A model generated the notes under the pieces. It was not told where the DNA came from. It saw only the letters and a list, made by a program, of their open reading frames with translations, and did not search any database. A program made the translations under genes and the position numbers. A stretch of DNA of 57,172 nucleotides, from positions 12,329 to 69,500 of the forward strand of contig JAJYWE010000009.1 of assembly GCA_021791675.1 (NCBI GenBank). The letters are read 5' to 3'. The stretch is from Actinomycetes bacterium (GTDB lineage: Bacteria > Actinomycetota > Acidimicrobiia > Acidimicrobiales > JAKAOS01). Positions 55,242 through 57,172 of the stretch are shown in pieces; positions within the stretch are counted from its first letter, which is position 1; each line of letters starts with the position of its first letter.

Positions 55242-57035
55242 GTGGTGCTGAGGCAACGGGGCAGCCGGATCAGCGCGCCCCGTTGGCGGGGCCTGCGCGT
55301 GCGCTGGGCACGCGCGCCCCGGTGGGGGCAACGCCGACCCGCTCGCCGCTCGGCGGGGCCGGTCGCACTCGCGCTGCTCGGCGTCGCCTCGCTGGCCCTC
55401 GCAGTCGTGGCTGCGCCCGCCGTGCCGGCGGGCGCCGAGGCGATGTCGGCGACCGCGTTGACGAGCCCGGCGTGGGTGCTCTCCTGGGGATCTGCGATGG
55501 CATGGCGTCAGGCGCCGGTCGCGGACCTCACGGTTCGCCAGGTGGTGCCCCTCTCCGTCGGCGGGGACCAGGTCCGGGTGCAGCTCTCGAACCTCTTCGG
55601 CGACGAGCCGCTGGTGGTCGGCGCAGCCACCGTTGCCGTCCAACAGCGCGGCGCCGCGGTCGTGCCCGGGTCGGTGCGGTCGCTCTCCTTCGGCGGTGGC
55701 GCCGCCGGCGTCACCGTGCCGGTCGGCGGGGTCGCCGAGAGCGGTCCGCTCGCCTACCCGGTGCATGCGGGCGAGTCCCTCGAGGTGAGTGTCTACGTCT
55801 CCGGCCCGGACCTCGTCACGGCACACTACGACGCCGGGCCGCTCTCGTACTCGAGTCTCAGCTATGCCGGGAACCTCACGGAGGACACCTCGGGGGTCGG
55901 TCTCGTCTACGGCACGACCTGGGCGCGCTGGGTGAGCGCCGTCGACGTCGCCGGGGGAGCCACGCCGCCGGAGGCCACCGTCGTGCTCGGGGACTCGATC
56001 AGCGACGGGTTCAACATCCACTGCCCCACCAGTCTCTGCGACCTCGTGACACCCTGGCCGGACGTGCTCGCCGAGCGAATGCGCTCGCTCCCCGCGGCGG
56101 AGCGGGTCGGGGTCGCCGACGAGTCGATCACCGCCAACACCCTGACCCTGGTGGACACGGCGAAGGCGGCCGACTTCCGCGCCGGCGGCGGGGGCCCTCC
56201 AGGGGTCGAGCGCGTCGACATGGACGCACTCGAACAGCCCGGGGTGAACCGGCTGGTCCTCTTGCTCGGGACGAACGATCTCTGGTTCGGGGCGACCGCT
56301 TCCCAGGTGATCGCCGGGATGCGGCAGATCCTCGCCGATGCCGCGGCGGCCCACGTCGGTGTGATCGGCGTCACGCTCCTGCCGCGCGAGGGGAGCCAGG
56401 GCTGGACGGCGAGCGACGAGGTGCAGCTCCAAGCCGTCAACCACTGGATCCTCACCTCCAAGGCCTTCCCGGTCGTGTTGGACCTGGCGGCTGTGGTCGG
56501 GGACGTCTACGACGGTGCCTGCAACCCCAACGCGCTCTACCCGCCGTACAACTCCGGGGACTTCCTCCATCCGGACCAGGCCGGCCAGATCGCCATGGCC
56601 GACGCGGTGCCGACCCGCCTGCTCGGGGCGGGCGCGGCGCCGCCGGTCCGGCCCCTGGTGGCGGTCACGCCGACCAAGGCCTGCGCCCACCCACCCGTGG
56701 TGCTGGTCAACCACGCATTCCCGGCCGACAGCCCCTCACCGACGACCGGGGCGCCGACCACCACGACTACCGCCCCCACGACGACGACCACGACCGCCCC
56801 GAGCACGACGACGACGCTGGCGCCTACCACCACGACCCCGCCCGCCACCGAGACGAGCTCGACGGGCCTGGTTGCGAGCCTGCTCGGGCGTGACGCGTGG
56901 GTGCTCGTCCTCGCGCTCGTCGTGATCGCTCTCGCCGTGGCGATTGCCATCGGTCGCGCCGCAGGGAGACGAGGACGCCATCGCCAGGGGGCGGGCAGCT
57001 CGCGCTCCCGTGGGGGCCCTGGGCCGCCGACGTAG
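55242..57035 (+). CDS. SGNH/GDSL hydrolase, secreted with a C-terminal Thr/Pro linker and TM anchor
   Basis: Signal-like VALALLGVASLALAVVAAPAVPAGAEA. Block I VVLGDSISDG, block III LLLGTNDL and block V DFLHPD. A TTTTAPTTTTT linker precedes the hydrophobic WVLVLALVVIALAVAIAIG. Start uncertain (GTG 55242). Confidence 0.8.
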   Translation: MVLRQRGSRISAPRWRGLRVRWARAPRWGQRRPARRSAGPVALALLGVASLALAVVAAPAVPAGAEAMSATALTSPAWVLSWGSAMAWRQAPVADLTVRQVVPLSVGGDQVRVQLSNLFGDEPLVVGAATVAVQQRGAAVVPGSVRSLSFGGGAAGVTVPVGGVAESGPLAYPVHAGESLEVSVYVSGPDLVTAHYDAGPLSYSSLSYAGNLTEDTSGVGLVYGTTWARWVSAVDVAGGATPPEATVVLGDSISDGFNIHCPTSLCDLVTPWPDVLAERMRSLPAAERVGVADESITANTLTLVDTAKAADFRAGGGGPPGVERVDMDALEQPGVNRLVLLLGTNDLWFGATASQVIAGMRQILADAAAAHVGVIGVTLLPREGSQGWTASDEVQLQAVNHWILTSKAFPVVLDLAAVVGDVYDGACNPNALYPPYNSGDFLHPDQAGQIAMADAVPTRLLGAGAAPPVRPLVAVTPTKACAHPPVVLVNHAFPADSPSPTTGAPTTTTTAPTTTTTTAPSTTTTLAPTTTTPPATETSSTGLVASLLGRDAWVLVLALVVIALAVAIAIGRAAGRRGRHRQGAGSSRSRGGPGPPT

Positions 57036-57045
57036 GCTCTCGGGC

Positions 57046-57172
57046 ATGGACTTCGAGCTCACCGAGGAGCAGCGGGCCTTCCGAGCGGTCGTGGCGGACT
57101 TCGCGCGCCGGGAGGTTGCGCCCCACGCCGCCGAGTGGGACGCGACGCACACCTTCCCCCTCGACTGCGTCC
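57046..57172 (+). CDS. acyl-CoA dehydrogenase (partial, 5' end only)
   Basis: ATG 57046. MDFELTEEQRAFRAVVADFARREVAPHAAEWDATHTFP is a typical ACAD N-terminus. Runs off the window. Confidence 0.8.
   Translation, partial: MDFELTEEQRAFRAVVADFARREVAPHAAEWDATHTFPLDCV

Noticed and set aside
54441-56714. 757-aa ORF on the - strand, and similar long shadow ORFs (6742-8868, 10845-12911, 13800-15542, 18674-20758, 31379-33496, 43118-45196, 45159-47426)
   Set aside because: Each is antisense or out of frame to a gene with recognisable motifs, and each has the Arg/Pro/Gly/Asp bias of non-coding frames in high-GC DNA.

Overview
High-GC, actinobacterial-type chromosomal segment with about 45 tightly packed protein-coding genes. 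I recognise no rRNA, tRNA, CRISPR array, transposase or integrase. Most genes are core metabolism. These include 2-oxoacid dehydrogenase parts (aceE; an lpd-E2-lipB/lipA operon), B12-linked enzymes (metH, a PduO-type adenosyltransferase, a methylmalonyl-CoA mutase catalytic subunit) and acyl-CoA carboxylase alpha with a divergent birA. There are also five different aminopeptidase families, several SDR/AKR oxidoreductases and several transporters. I did not find a clear novel multi-gene system; the items below are individual oddities, all read by eye without tools. (1) A lacI / sugar ABC transporter / GH2 cassette of about 7.5 kb has visibly lower GC. It is bracketed by two direct copies of a ~230-bp non-coding segment, whose 137-bp core is about 79% identical by hand count. 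(2) lipB and lipA form one uninterrupted 583-codon reading frame. (3) An E1-like MoeB/ThiF enzyme carries its rhodanese domain at the N-terminus, next to a Tat-signal, Cys-rich, compositionally atypical secreted protein. (4) Short tandem repeats (18, 30-32 and 51 bp) sit at gene ends, and some contain the stop codons of convergent genes. (5) Several leader or intergenic regions have strong or mutually exclusive pairings and no assigned function. Many very long ORFs in the six-frame track are antisense shadow ORFs typical of high-GC DNA and were rejected.
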